Shown here: positions 40,701-50,924 of the stretch, one piece after another | Position numbering within the stretch: position 1 is the stretch's first letter | How the letters are laid out: the number at the start of each line of letters is the position of its first letter | Assembly: GCF_018977255.1 (NCBI RefSeq) | Contig: NW_024704742.1 | Coordinates: 133,674,001 to 133,738,000, forward strand | From: Callorhinchus milii | Taxonomy: Eukaryota | DNA length: 64,000 bases | Direction of reading: 5' to 3' | Translations under genes and position numbers: made by a program | Notes under the pieces: model-generated | Seen by the model: the letters and a program-made list of their open reading frames with translations, nothing else | Told to the model about the DNA's origin: nothing | Database searches by the model: none

Positions 40701-42433
40701 ACTTCACAGCTGTGTGTGGTTCTTTGCTATATGCACATGCTGCTACTTTCAGCGACATAATACAAAGTCACTGCGCTTCACAGTACAGGGAATAGGGTCT
40801 ACCAGTGGTATAGGATTATAATCAGAGTCACACTTGCAAAGAAGCCCCTTAACAGACTCTGGCCTGCTCCATGTCCCCACCATCGTCGGTCGATCTTTCG
40901 GCCTCTCAAACCCCACCCTTTGGAACTCCATCCCACAGTACCTTCGCCTCACCCCATCCCGTGCCTCATTCAATGTTCATCTCAAGATCCTCCTCTTTGA
41001 CCATGTCTTAGGTCACCCTTCTACCCAGCCTTTCCTGCCTTCCCCACCACTGCTGATCCCAATCCCCAGCTCAGGTGCAAATTCTTGACTGTCCAACAAT
41101 TTGGGAGTTTCTTTACTCCACACACCTCTGTTTACCTCGCAGTAAATAGGAACCCAGTTGCTAGTCAATTGGCAGATCACTTTCCTGCGGGAAATAATCC
41201 CTTAAAAAAAAATAATAATAATTTGGTCACTCAATCCACGACTGTTTGTGGGAGACTGCTACGTGCATTAGGCTGCCGTGTTTCGCTCACAAAATACAGT
41301 GAGCTTTATACTTTACAGTATATTCCGTGAAGTGCTTTGAGATGTCTCAAAGATGTGATAAGGTGCATTTTGCATCAAATGCAAGGATTATGATTTGTGA
41401 CATCCTCCCAACATGAAAGGTGCTTTGTAATTTGTTGTTGTTGTTAGAATGGAGCACAGTGTTGCTGTGAGTCAGTGATAAGTCGCTTGTTTAACACTAT
41501 GTGAACGTGTTTTTTTTGCAGTGTTCAAAGACCTGTGGGAGCGGGATTCAGGAGCGTCTGATCTACTGCCCGGAAAATGCCCTCTGCAGTCTGAAGGAGA
41601 AGCCTCCTCTTGCTATGCCTTGCTCTGCTCAGCCGTGCACTGAATGGTTGTCTGGTTCCTGGGGACAGGTAAGGGAATCGCACCCAACCTTTCACACCTG
41701 AATCTCTGTTGAACGAAACACTTTCTGCACAAAACATTGTAATCACATCCACACTGCAAAGAATCGCTTTAGAATGGGGCCGCACTGTGTTGCTGTGATT
41801 CTGTAAAAAGCCATTTGCTGGATACTGAAGTGGGTCCACAGGACTCCGGGGCACTGCTGAAGACAGCACAGCCAGCCTGGCTCATCAGTAGGACTTGGAT
41901 GAGCAGATCAGTCACTGGGGGAAGGGAATTCTCCCACTCAGCTCATTAGAGCGATGTGCTTAATGACTGATTTTACCTGGGAGATTGTTGCCCATTAGGG
42001 CTTTGGCTCTGGAATGGAATACACACTCTTCCCGGATGGATGCACTCTGTATTAGGCGCGGGTTGGCAAGAGTATTAGGCGCGGGTTGGCAAGAGCCTGG
42101 GATTGGACACCCCCAGAGTCTGCGTTTGGATTCCAGGCTTCACTTGTTTCCACTCCAGTTCCTTTGTCAATATTCTTATGGTCTCTTCCTCAACACTTGT
42201 GATAGAGCATTACGCTTTCTAACACCTCTGTGTGAACCATCTCTCTCTAACGCCCTCTGTAACTCTCGCCATCCAGTGCTCAGTGTCCTGTGGGGGAGGT
42301 TTACAGCACCGGCTGGTGAAGTGTGTGAGCATGGGGTCAAATCGGACAGAGCACGAACACAGTCAGTGCCAACACCTGCCACCTCCAGGTCTCATTCAGA
42401 AGTGCAACGCTCACACGTGCGTGAGCAATAAAG
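13666..42433 (+). CDS. ADAMTS12: ADAMTS12-like metalloprotease gene, 3' part (10 exons, 5'-partial and probably 3'-partial); exons listed separately
   Basis: Exons of 121, 245, 142, 127, 211, 1128, 153, 174, 147 and 157 nt join with compatible phases and no stop. The order Cys-rich/spacer/3xTSP1/mucin/4xTSP1 is that of the ADAMTS7/12 pair. [55 protein letters not shown] and LRPFHCQ match ADAMTS12 better than ADAMTS7 as I recall them. Confidence 0.88.
14718..15372 (+). mobile_element. SINE type C interrupted by a 5'-truncated type B SINE (about 14778-15016)
   Basis: Type C head stops at gaactcatatagtc and resumes at atagcccaggctga after the type B (ATT)n tail. Confidence 0.82.
16203..16563 (+). 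mobile_element. SINE type B; further + copies at about 17447-17795, 31630-31935, 46667-47037, 53692-54053, 54627-54995
   Basis: Same architecture as 44843-45197. Confidence 0.88.
16611..17130. repeat. 100-bp inverted repeat (16611-16710 and 17031-17130)
   Basis: Manual ungapped alignment, 86/100 identical. Confidence 0.92.
17893..18219 (-). mobile_element. Young tRNA(Ala-like)-derived SINE, short type A, full length
   Basis: A-box TAGCTCAGTGG, B-box GTTCAATCC, CORE-like CCTTGGACAAGTTTCC, Deu-like TGTGGGACATTGCTGTGCGCAATTGGCTGCC, L2-type hairpin, (ATT)n tail; 5-7 bp direct repeat (a)agttaa at the ends. Confidence 0.93.
19912..20156 (+). CDS. ADAMTS12: ADAMTS12 exon: spacer domain
   Basis: cttttccag|GT TAC...ATTCAG|gtaaat; [81 protein letters not shown]; 245 nt, phase 1-0. 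Confidence 0.97.
20345..20610 (-). mobile_element. SINE type A (5'-truncated), abutting a + strand SINE head at 20232-20340
   Basis: Near-identical to 17893-18160. Confidence 0.9.
21362..21503 (+). CDS. ADAMTS12: ADAMTS12 exon: end of spacer, start of TSP1 repeat
   Basis: catttgcag|TTG...ACAG|gtaatg; [48 protein letters not shown]; 142 nt, phase 0-1. Confidence 0.96.
22331..22932 (+). mobile_element. Young L2 LINE 3' fragment, tail type b
   Basis: Open ORF2 C-terminus [40 protein letters not shown]...PRLWNSIP...[10 protein letters not shown]; hairpin plus (TTG)n tail. Confidence 0.93.
22694..22833 (+). repeat. 46-bp tandem repeat, 3 copies, inside the L2 3' UTR
   Basis: TGACCATTT recurs at 22727, 22773 and 22819. 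Confidence 0.92.
25160..25768 (+). mobile_element. L2 LINE 3' fragment (type b-like)
   Basis: [13 protein letters not shown]...QNSAARVL...[18 protein letters not shown]; tail gacgtgaaaggcgct...ttgttg. Confidence 0.9.
27045..27466 (+). mobile_element. Older Deu-domain SINE, type C (SacSINE1/AmnSINE1-like), preceded by a partial copy at 26787-27027
   Basis: Head gtgtcagcctggctcag..gcctctgagtcagaag..gggttcaa; body gaggtgc..ttcagatgagatg, cctgttcaggtggacgttaaagatccc, gggagtttc..ggtgtcctggccaac; 3' half shared with types A and B. Confidence 0.85.
27514..27827 (-). mobile_element. SINE type A, full length
   Basis: Near-identical to 17893-18219. Confidence 0.93.
27972..28098 (+). CDS. ADAMTS12: ADAMTS12 exon: TSP1 repeat (not in the ORF track)
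   Basis: tatctcacag|GT GTA...GCCAG|gtgaga; [42 protein letters not shown]; 127 nt, phase 1-2. Confidence 0.95.
29650..29935. repeat. AT-rich low-complexity region
   Basis: Degenerate TAT/AAT runs; similar at 20615-20732. Confidence 0.8.
30165..30803 (+). mobile_element. Tandem SINEs: type B (30165-30490) and type A (30497-30803)
   Basis: Two successive A/B-box heads; the first has the extra ctagcagtaagtaggaacccgg segment. Confidence 0.88.
31379..31589 (+). CDS. ADAMTS12: ADAMTS12 exon: TSP1 repeat
   Basis: ttttacag|A TGG TGG...GAG|gtaagg; [70 protein letters not shown]; 211 nt, phase 2-0. Confidence 0.97.
32296..32540. repeat. GA-rich low-complexity tract (another at about 29045-29145)
   Basis: Degenerate (GA)n. 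Confidence 0.9.
32850..33140 (+). mobile_element. Degraded CR1 ORF2 C-terminal fragment
   Basis: Degenerate match to the reverse complement of 52430-52700 (ggagaagctatttccactgg, gatatggaatgctctgcc); similar remnants at about 1130-1370, 10110-10335, 46270-46590. Confidence 0.65.
34138..34380 (-). mobile_element. L2 LINE 3' fragment, tail type a, internally deleted
   Basis: Same tail and 3' UTR as the 13250 element; [15 protein letters not shown]. Confidence 0.85.
35140..35488 (-). mobile_element. SINE type B ending about 80 bp upstream of the mucin exon; further - copies at about 33468-33829, 49203-49465, 59545-59838
   Basis: Reverse complement of type B. Confidence 0.88.
35568..36695 (+). 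CDS. ADAMTS12: ADAMTS12 exon: TSP1 repeat, S/T/P-rich mucin-like spacer-2, start of next TSP1
   Basis: gtcttgcag|TGC TCC...AGTGAG|gtgagt; starts [16 protein letters not shown], ends FWKVGNWSE; 1128 nt open frame (376 aa), phase 0-0. Confidence 0.95.
37687..37839 (+). CDS. ADAMTS12: ADAMTS12 exon: TSP1 repeat
   Basis: ctgtccag|TGT...AAG|gtgagg; [51 protein letters not shown]; 153 nt, phase 0-0. Confidence 0.96.
37869..38057 (+). repeat. Degenerate 13-bp minisatellite (GGTCAATGGGGCA) split by a ~60-bp L2 tail
   Basis: Six units at 37869-37946 and three more at 38012-38057. Confidence 0.8.
39690..40030 (-). mobile_element. L2 3' fragment ending about 60 bp before an exon acceptor
   Basis: [15 protein letters not shown]...[11 protein letters not shown] on the minus strand; (CAA)n tail. 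Confidence 0.85.
40088..40261 (+). CDS. ADAMTS12: ADAMTS12 exon: TSP1 repeat
   Basis: gttaacag|TGC TCG...GAG|gtattt; [58 protein letters not shown]; 174 nt, phase 0-0. Confidence 0.95.
41522..41668 (+). CDS. ADAMTS12: ADAMTS12 exon: TSP1 repeat
   Basis: ttttttgcag|TGT...CAG|gtaagg; [49 protein letters not shown]; 147 nt, phase 0-0. Confidence 0.95.
42277..42433 (+). CDS. ADAMTS12: ADAMTS12 exon: last TSP1 repeat
   Basis: gccatccag|TGC...AAAG|gtaagg; [52 protein letters not shown]; 157 nt, phase 0-1. Confidence 0.93.
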
Positions 42434-44070
42434 GTAAGGAGCGGGTTTCAATCCACAGTTAAGATATGGTCACAAAGCTCTGCTATTTTCTCCTTGTTAA
42501 TAAAACTGGTGCAACTTTCAGTGCAACAGCAACAGTGACAATTAATAATAACACTTACAATACTAACTATACTTGAATTTGATATAGTGCTTTTCACGTC
42601 GGGAAGACGTCTCAAAGAGCTTCTCAGGATTTTTACTGTAAAGTGGAGTGACAGTTTTTTGCAGGTGAATGTGGCAGGCAATTTGTACAAAATAGCAAAG
42701 GGTGTGTGTAGAATGTCTGAGGCTTTGTGGCTGTAAGGGAAGTTTCCACTCAGGAGGTTCTGGGTTCAATCCCCATGGCAGGATAGTCTAGGCTGACGTT
42801 ACAGTGTAGTGCTGGGGTGAGCCCAGCTTTATCAGTGGTGTTGTCCTTTGAATGAGATGATAAACCGAGGTCTTGCCTGCCTGTTCAGGTGGACATTAAA
42901 AGATCCGTAGCTCTATTTGGAAAAGAGAAGAAAATTTCTTCCCTGTATCCTGGCCAGCAATACCCCAGGTAAAATTGGTCATTAAGCACATGGCTGTTTT
43001 GAGGAGTTGCTGTGGGCAAAATTGGCTGCCGTATTCACCTACAAATATACAGTCACTTCACTTTACAGTGAATCCTGTGAAGTGCTTTGAGACGTCTTCC
43101 TGAAGTGAAAGGTGCTATATCATATGCAAGGATTATTATTGTTGTTAATAATAATAATAAGTTGGCAGCACTTTCAGGTAATCACTGCTAAATGCTATGC
43201 ACTTCAATTTGCCTCTCAAAGCGTTGGGATCTGAAGACACTTTGTTCATCAGTGTGTAGCAGCTAATTAGATCAATGTTTTCTATATCTTTGCTTTAAAC
43301 ACAAATGAGGCTCAATAAGCACATCATGTGTCTTAACATGAAAGTCACGGTTGATATCTGACGCTTCCTTTCACACTGTTATTTAAACTCCCCCCAATTA
43401 AAGCATAACCTTTAATCTTATTAATTGTGCCTCTGCATTATCCTTTTGCTTCAATTGAGATCATCTCATGCTGCCTGATGTTCACTTCTCCGTTTCACAG
43501 CAGAGCTGGGAAAGAGTTTCAAATCTCAAATTGTCTGAAGAGATCAATATATACTCAGAGATTTCAGACCTCAAGGGCCTAAGATTTTTCTCGAAGAATG
43601 TTATGTGCAGAAATTTAGCAAGCGTTTTCAATCCAGTTTTTTGTTGATCAGTCAAGTGTCTGATAGATGTGGAAACCCATCACCATACTTAATAGTATCC
43701 AAACCAAACTGAGCATTCCATGCATCCCACCTATGGATTGAAAGCCCAGAGATAGATTGTTCGAATGGTATGCACACTCTCTCTGGAGGGACGCAGCCTG
43801 CTTACCCAATTCCAAAAAGCCAAGGCTTGGGGACTTCAGAGTATGCGTTGGAATACTGCTGAAGTCTAACCAGCTAAAACCGCATAGCACTGATAGCACT
43901 GTCTGGAAAGCTTTCCTGCTGCGTATCCAGCTCGGACCATCCTAACCTTTAGGGCTTTAGCTTGTAGGGTTAACAGGAGTTGAGAACTACACAGAATGAT
44001 ACAACTCAGAAACGTTCAGCACAACGCTCCCATGCTGGCAGTTAATACTCTACTCAAGTCCACCCATCCA

Positions 44071-44380
44071 GTGGAGTCCTGTAGCTCAGTGATTAGAGCA
44101 CTCGCCTCACAAGCGAGAGACCTGGGTTTGATTCCCGGCAGGGTGAAATCTTGGGCAAGTTTCCTTACGCCACACGCCTGATAATAATCCCTCAAGAAAA
44201 AAAAACAATAATAAATTGGTCGCTTCAATTCACAACTGTTTGTGGGACACTGCTGTGCGTAATTGGCTGCCGTGTTTTGCCCATAAATATACAGGCAATT
44301 CACTTTACCGTATATTCTGATGCTTTGAAACATCTAGAAGAAAAGCGCTATATCAAATGCAAGGATTATTATTTTTATTA
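44071..44380 (+). mobile_element. SINE type A (middle-aged variant); similar copies at 62699-62986 (+) and 24172-24416 (-)
   Basis: Head, cctgataataatccctcaag linker, Deu-like region, tail. Confidence 0.88.
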
Positions 44381-44842
44381 TATTACTTATTCCCTTCTTA
44401 TTCACATATGCTGAACTGAATTAAGGTTGAATTTAACACTGCTTTCTAAAATGCACACACAATGTTGAATCTTTGTGCTTGATAAAATACTACAGTAATA
44501 GCAATCCCTGCACTTGACAATGCTCCTCATCATGTCATCAAAATGTCTCAAAGTGCTTCACAGGGATTTTATTGTGAAGTGTACTGATTGTGCAATTGTA
44601 GGTGAAGGTGATGGTATTTCGCTTCAGAAAGCTCGACCCCATTTTCCTCTTATGACTGTTCATTTTCGGGCAAAACATGAAGAGTAGTGTCCAACAAACA
44701 GTCATGGATTGTATTTTGTTGGAGGGATTATTACATATCAAATGCAAGGATTAATAATATTAATTATAACGCTTTCAACCCCATTTTAAATTTGATATAC
44801 CACTACTTAGTCCCATTCAATGTGACCAATACATCTGAGCAT

Positions 44843-45197
44843 GTGGATTCCTGAAGCTCAGTGGTTAGAGCACGTGTCTCGCAAGCGAGTGGACCTGGGG
44901 GTCATTCCCAGCAGGGTGAAATGTTGGACAAGTTTCCTTAACTCCACAAGCCTCTGTTTACCTAGGAGTAAGTAGGAACCCAGGTGTTAGTTGATTGGCG
45001 GATCGCTTTTCCAGGGGTAATAATTCCTTACAAAAAAATAAATAATTTGGTCACTTAATCCATGACTGTTTGTGGGACACAGCTGCGTTTCGCCTACAAA
45101 ACATTTAATTAGCTTTACAATATATTCTGTGAAGCATTTTGAGACATCCAGAAAATGTGATAAGGTGCTATATCAAATGCAAGAATTATTATTATTA
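44843..45197 (+). mobile_element. SINE long type B (tRNA head, full CORE-like segment, Deu-like 3' part, L2 tail)
   Basis: Contains ctctgtttacctag..gtaagtaggaacc..gttagt.gattggcggatcgcttt, which is absent from type A. Confidence 0.9.
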
Positions 45198-47124
45198 ACT
45201 AGACCCCAGCCAGAGAGTGAAATAAAAAGTATTTTTTATCCAGGCTACAAGTGTGCAAACCACAAGATTCTCTAACTCCGACCTTCATCTGCAAAAAGAC
45301 AATGAATAATAGAAGTGTTTTTCTTTCTCTTTGCTTGACTTGACATTTATCTATGTGAACCAAAAAAAACTTTGCTGTCATTCAAAGATTTCTTTAAAGA
45401 TAAGGTGACCTTCTGAAGGCTATTGTAACACTAAACGCTATCTGTTTATGGGAGCTGACATTGCATTAAGCAAATTGTGTTTTTTCCTCAGTACATTTGC
45501 CATTGAAAGAAACAGCCCCGAAGCAACTGATCGATTTTATTTGGTATATGTGAGCTCCACTGACATCTCAAAGACGTGATAAGGCACTATATCAAATGCA
45601 AGGATTATTATTAATAAATGGGTTGATAGACTAAAAATCCGTGAGTGGAAATAACTTTGATCATGCGATGTGCTTGGTAATTATCCTGTAATTATCTCTA
45701 CACTTTCCACTGGAGTGACTCTGATAGAGCAGTGGATCAATATCACAATTAACTTCTCTTCTCTCCCTGCAATTTATTGGCATCAATCAGTAATCTCTCT
45801 GTCTGAAACCACCTTTTGTAGTGATATTTCTCTGAAGACAAAAATGTAATAAAGTGTGTGTGGGTCAGGGGAGGGGGTTCAGTAAGCTTTGTGACTGACA
45901 AGTGGACACCCATCACCGTGCTCACCAGGTGAATAACACTACTAAGTGGTGTACTGTCAGAGCACAGAATAATTTTCAAGAGCAACAAAGATCAAAGTAA
46001 GTTATTTTATTCTTACTGACTCTGTGCCTTGGATGTATACATCATACATTGCGCTGCTGAAATCTCATTAGCTCAGAGCTGCTCGCACACAGACATCAAC
46101 GGGCGACACTTCGCAGATGTTTGCGGAGAGATCTGGTGTCAGCCCGGCTCAGTCGCTAGCAGTTTCTCCTTTGAGTCAGAAAGTGATGGGTTCAAAACCG
46201 CGTTGGGACAGTAAAGTGAGATTTCATCCTTCTAAAATTCACCTTCCCTCCCAGCATTTTCCCATCACACCATGATTCTGTATTTTAAATGAGTCACAGT
46301 GTCCTCCTCGCCTCAACCATCCTTCCTGATAACCTGTTCCAATCTGTTAATTATCCTTTGGGTAAAGAAAAGCTTCCTGGTTTCTGTCCATCTTGAAATG
46401 GCCCTTTACAAACCTAAATCTGTGTCTGCTTGTTCTCCTGTCTCGGAGCATCCTAAAGTATTGTTCTGGGTCCACTTTATCAATCCCATTTAAAATTTTA
46501 CTGACTTCTATATGGTTCCCACTGAAACACCTCATTTCACGAATGAAGAGCCCTAGCTTGTTTAATTGTCGTCTTCCGGCTCCCACAAACCTTGCTGCAA
46601 ATTGATCAGAAGTGATAAACTGGCTAACTCTCTACGCCTCCATAACCCAAGGCAATATGGCCCATCGTGGAGTCCTTTATCATATTGGTTAGATCACACA
46701 CTTCACAAGCCAGAGGACCCAGATTCGATTCCAACATGCCATACTCCACATGCCTCTGTTTATATAGCAATATGTAGGAACCTAGTTGTTAGTCGACTGG
46801 CGGATCACTTTCTGGGGGTAATAAATCCTTCAAATAAAAATCCTGTAATAATAATAATTTGGCCACTTAATCCATGACAGTTTGTGGGACACTGCTGTGT
46901 GCAATTGCCTGACGCATTACACACACAAATTCACTTTACAGTATATTCAATTCACTTTACAGTATATTCTGCAAAGCGCTTTGAGATGTCTCAGTGATGT
47001 GATAAGGTGCTATATCAAATTCAAGAAATATTATTGTTAATTTTTACAGCGCATGTACTGCCATTCTTGCTCAGGTCAACTAACTTGGGGAATTGAACCT
47101 GTCACCTTCCTGCTCTTGTAGACC

Positions 47125-47945
47125 AAGGCCCTCCTAATTGGCTCACGTCAGCACTTCTGCACTGTCAGCATCAGCATCCCAAGATGAATGCTCCACCTCA
47201 CCAAGCCAGTCAGGAACCTAGGCATTCTGTTCGACCCTCAACTGTCCTTTCTCCCCCATATCCGTGCCAGGACCTGGTCTGCCTTCCCCCGCCTCCGCAA
47301 CATTGCCCAACTCCGCCACTGCCGCAGGCCGCCAAAACTCTCATACATGTCTTCATTGCAACTTGTCTCAACTATGCCACTGCTTGTTAGCCTTCCCAAC
47401 TCTTCCTTCCACAAGATGCAGATCATCCAGAACTCTGCATCTTGTGTCCTCTCCCACCCCAGGCTCCGTGACCCCATCACATCCACCCTCGCCTCGGTTC
47501 CCCATCCCTCAGAGAATCAAGTTCAAAATTCTCGTCCTTACCTACAAGACCCTCCATGGCCTTGACCCTCTTACCTTTCTGACCTGCTAACCCCTTATCA
47601 ACCTGTCTATTCCCTCCACTCAGCAGACTCCAGCCTACTCCATGTCCCCTGCCCAACCTGCCCCATCATCGGCAGTCGGGCCTTCAGCCTCTCTGCCCCC
47701 TCCCTCTGGAACTCCATCCCACATTCTCTTTGCCTCGCTCCCTCTCTTGCCTCCTTCAAGGCACGTTTCAAGACCCTCCTCTTTGACTCTGCCTTCGGCC
47801 ACTCTCTTACCCTCTCTGCCCTCCACCCTCCGTGATCCCAACCAGTACCCAGCCTGCTCGGGTCCTAATCTCTGACTGTTCAGCGTCTTGGGACGTTCTT
47901 CTAAAGTGAAAGGTGCTTTAGAAGTGACATTTGATATTGTATTAT
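47125..47945 (+). mobile_element. L2 LINE 3' fragment, degraded
   Basis: VRNLGILFDPQLSF, QNSASCVL, RIKFKILVLTYKTLHG in shifting frames; degraded tail. Confidence 0.88.
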
Positions 47946-48489
47946 ACAGCTAAGCTGCTGACTTGATAAGACCAGCAGCAATGTAGCTACCAGTAAAGAC
48001 AGTGCAAAGAATTCATAGACTACAAAAGTCAGTACAAAGCGAGTTTAGGAGCAACACATCAAATACAATGGTACAGCTCAAAGCACCTTAGATTATCCAG
48101 TTGCTCGCCACTTGAGGCAGCAAAAAAAAGTTAAACAGGATGTCAGGGTATATTACCAAATCAGTACAGTTCAGCAGCTGGGAAATTGTGCTCACACCAT
48201 AAACTACATAACTACACGGAAACAGGCTGTTTGGCGCAACTAATCCGGGCCAGTTTTATACTCCATCCGAGCCCCAATTTCCCTCTCATGTTCCTTTGTC
48301 CCTCGTCTTTATACCAAGTTTTTTCTTACATACGTTGAGTCAACCAGTGAATTTTCATGTAGCAATGTCCATCAAATACAAATGACCCAATTTATCTGGA
48401 GGATGCAAGGAGAAAGAGCTGAGAGGGATCACTCCAAAGGTACGTAAGGTATTAATGGGATGGAGTAATACTTTGGATATGCCAATAAC

Positions 48490-48800
48490 ACAACAATAAC
48501 AAAATTACATTTGTATAGCACCTTTCACATTGGGAGGGTATCCCAAGGTGCTGGACAATCAGTGTTTCAGACCTGAGCTGGGGGTTGGGGTCGGGGAGGG
48601 TGGGGGCAGGGGTGGAAGGAGGATGACCGAAGGCACGGTCGAAGAGGAGGGTCTTGAGATAGGTCTTGAAGGAGCATGGGAAGGGGTGAGGCAGAGGGAC
48701 TGCGGGATGGAGTTCCAGAGGGTGGGGGCAGAGTGGCTGAAGGCCCGCCCGCCAATGGTAGAGAGGACGAGGTGGAAGACTTGAAGCAGGCCAGAGCCCA
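48490..48800 (-). mobile_element. L2 3' fragment
   Basis: Reverse-complement match to 22500-22930. Confidence 0.85.
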
Positions 48801-50924
48801 GTAAATAATAATAAGCTTTACATGTAATATAGAGTCATACTAGGTTGAAACATCTCAAAGCTCTTCACAGAATTTTTTTCCATTGAGTCCAGTGTAGGTG
48901 GATGAGGCAGTCAATTTGCGCACAGCAATATCCCATTGCCATGAAGCAAATACAGATAATAAGTTTATTTGAGGGGACTGTTGTCACTGGGAGAAACTCA
49001 ACAACAACAACTTGCATTTATGTAGAGCTAGTCTTGTAATTGGGGTCTTGGGGTGCTTAAATGACTTTTAGGGGTTAACTCCTTTCTCTTTTAGAACAGC
49101 ACCATATGATCTTTGGTTATATCCAGTGGTTTGGGAGCCCTTTCTGTTTGCAAATTGTTGTATTTGCTTACAAACACGCAGTCACAAACATGCAGTCAAT
49201 CCGTGCATTTGATATAATGTCTTATCAAGTTGTTCAGACATCTCAAAGTATTTCACTGTAAAGTGAAATAACTGTATATTTTGTGGGCGAAACGCAGCAG
49301 CCAATTGTGCCCACGAGTGTCCCACAAATAGTCGTGGACTGAGTGACCAAATTATTACTTTTTTGAAAGGATTATTATCTCCGGAAAATGATCTGCCAAA
49401 TGACTAACAACCGGGTTACTTACTGCTCGGTAAACAGAGGTGTGTGGAACAAGGAAACTTGACCGAGAATTTGTGAATGGCAGTTTTAAGACTAAAGCAG
49501 TTCTTTACACGGAGAGCGATCAACAACTGCAGGGTGGTTGAAACCAATAGATTGTGTGCATTTAACAACCAGCCTAATGGTGAAACAGGAGGACAGTAAT
49601 ATGTGAGTTTTCTGGATGGATGAGATCAAATACACTGTATCAATCTTGTTGGTGTTCTTTGGTCCAGCAACCTCAAATGCGTAGAAAGAGACAAGCCTTC
49701 AGAGGAGTCAGTGTTCAGCGCATCAATAAGTCTTATCAGAGGCTCAATTTGACCATTCAGTAAAGGAATTTCCAACCACAAAAGCAATAAATCCAGGAAG
49801 CAAAACTGAAGTTGAGATCAAAGCGACCAGAATTTCTGAGTGGTCACACTGATTATGGATCAAATCAGGAAATGAAAGATATTGCAAAGGGCAGGGTACT
49901 GAGAAGAAAGGCTGAGTTTTATTAAAGAACTGACAACATCTTTTGATAGTCGCTTTTGAACAGATTGGTTTTGATAGGAGCAATGATTTGAGATTGCACC
50001 GTTCACTTGAGAGAGGTTCTATTAAAAAAAACGTTCTCTACGAATAAATAGCAACTTTCTTATTTCTCCCCTCCGTCCTTCAGATGAGGCATTAACTGAG
50101 ATCTTGTTTGCTTGTTTCAATGGACATATAAGATCTTGTGGGACTATTAAGGAATATGGGGATAGGGCGAGTAAATGGAATTAGGTTAGAAGATCAGTCA
50201 TGAAGTTATTAAATGGTGGGGCAGGCTCGAGGGGCCGTACGAGCTGGAGTAGGCCATTCACCCCCTCAATATGGTCTGATGGTGTACTTGGAAAGAGAAG
50301 GAAGTTTTTCTCTCCCAGTAACCTGGCCAACAATCCCCCAGATAATATCCCAAGCCTACAGTTTATTGCAGTGCTCAATAATTATAATAATCCTTGCATT
50401 TGATATAGTGCTTTACCATGTCACTGAGACATCTCAAAGCACTTTACAGGATTTCCTGCAAAGTGGAGTGACATGTATTTTGTGGGCGAAAAGTGGCAGT
50501 TGCGCACAGCATCTCTTCGAGACATCTCAAATTGCTTCACAAAATATGCTGTAAAGTGAATTGACTGTATATTTTGTGGGCGAAACAATGTGGTCAGGTC
50601 AAAGTGTCTCTCCCAACCATGCCCAACTTTACACATGCACAAAACTGTGAATTTGTTTTGTGCCTGTATTGAGCAAACCCGCGTCTAATTTCTGAAATGG
50701 TTCTCTTTGGGGATGAGTAGACATGTTCATACACTGACATGGTGAAAAATGGACATGGGGATGAATAAAGTTGCGGATAAACTGACACAGGTTAAACAGA
50801 CATGGCGGATAAACAGACTTGGGATAAATGGACTTGGAAATAGTCTGACATTCAAATAAATAGATGTGAACAAGAACATCAGAACATAGGAAATGCTAGA
50901 CGATAAAAAGACTGAAGTCCATCT

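Noticed and set aside
45244..45275. Phase-1 acceptor reading GYKCANHKIL as the PLAC exon
   Set aside because: Stops after 10 codons and has no CC-x-x-C motif
49668..49752. NLKCVERDKPS resembling the start of PLAC
   Set aside because: Wrong phase for the 42433 donor and no further cysteines
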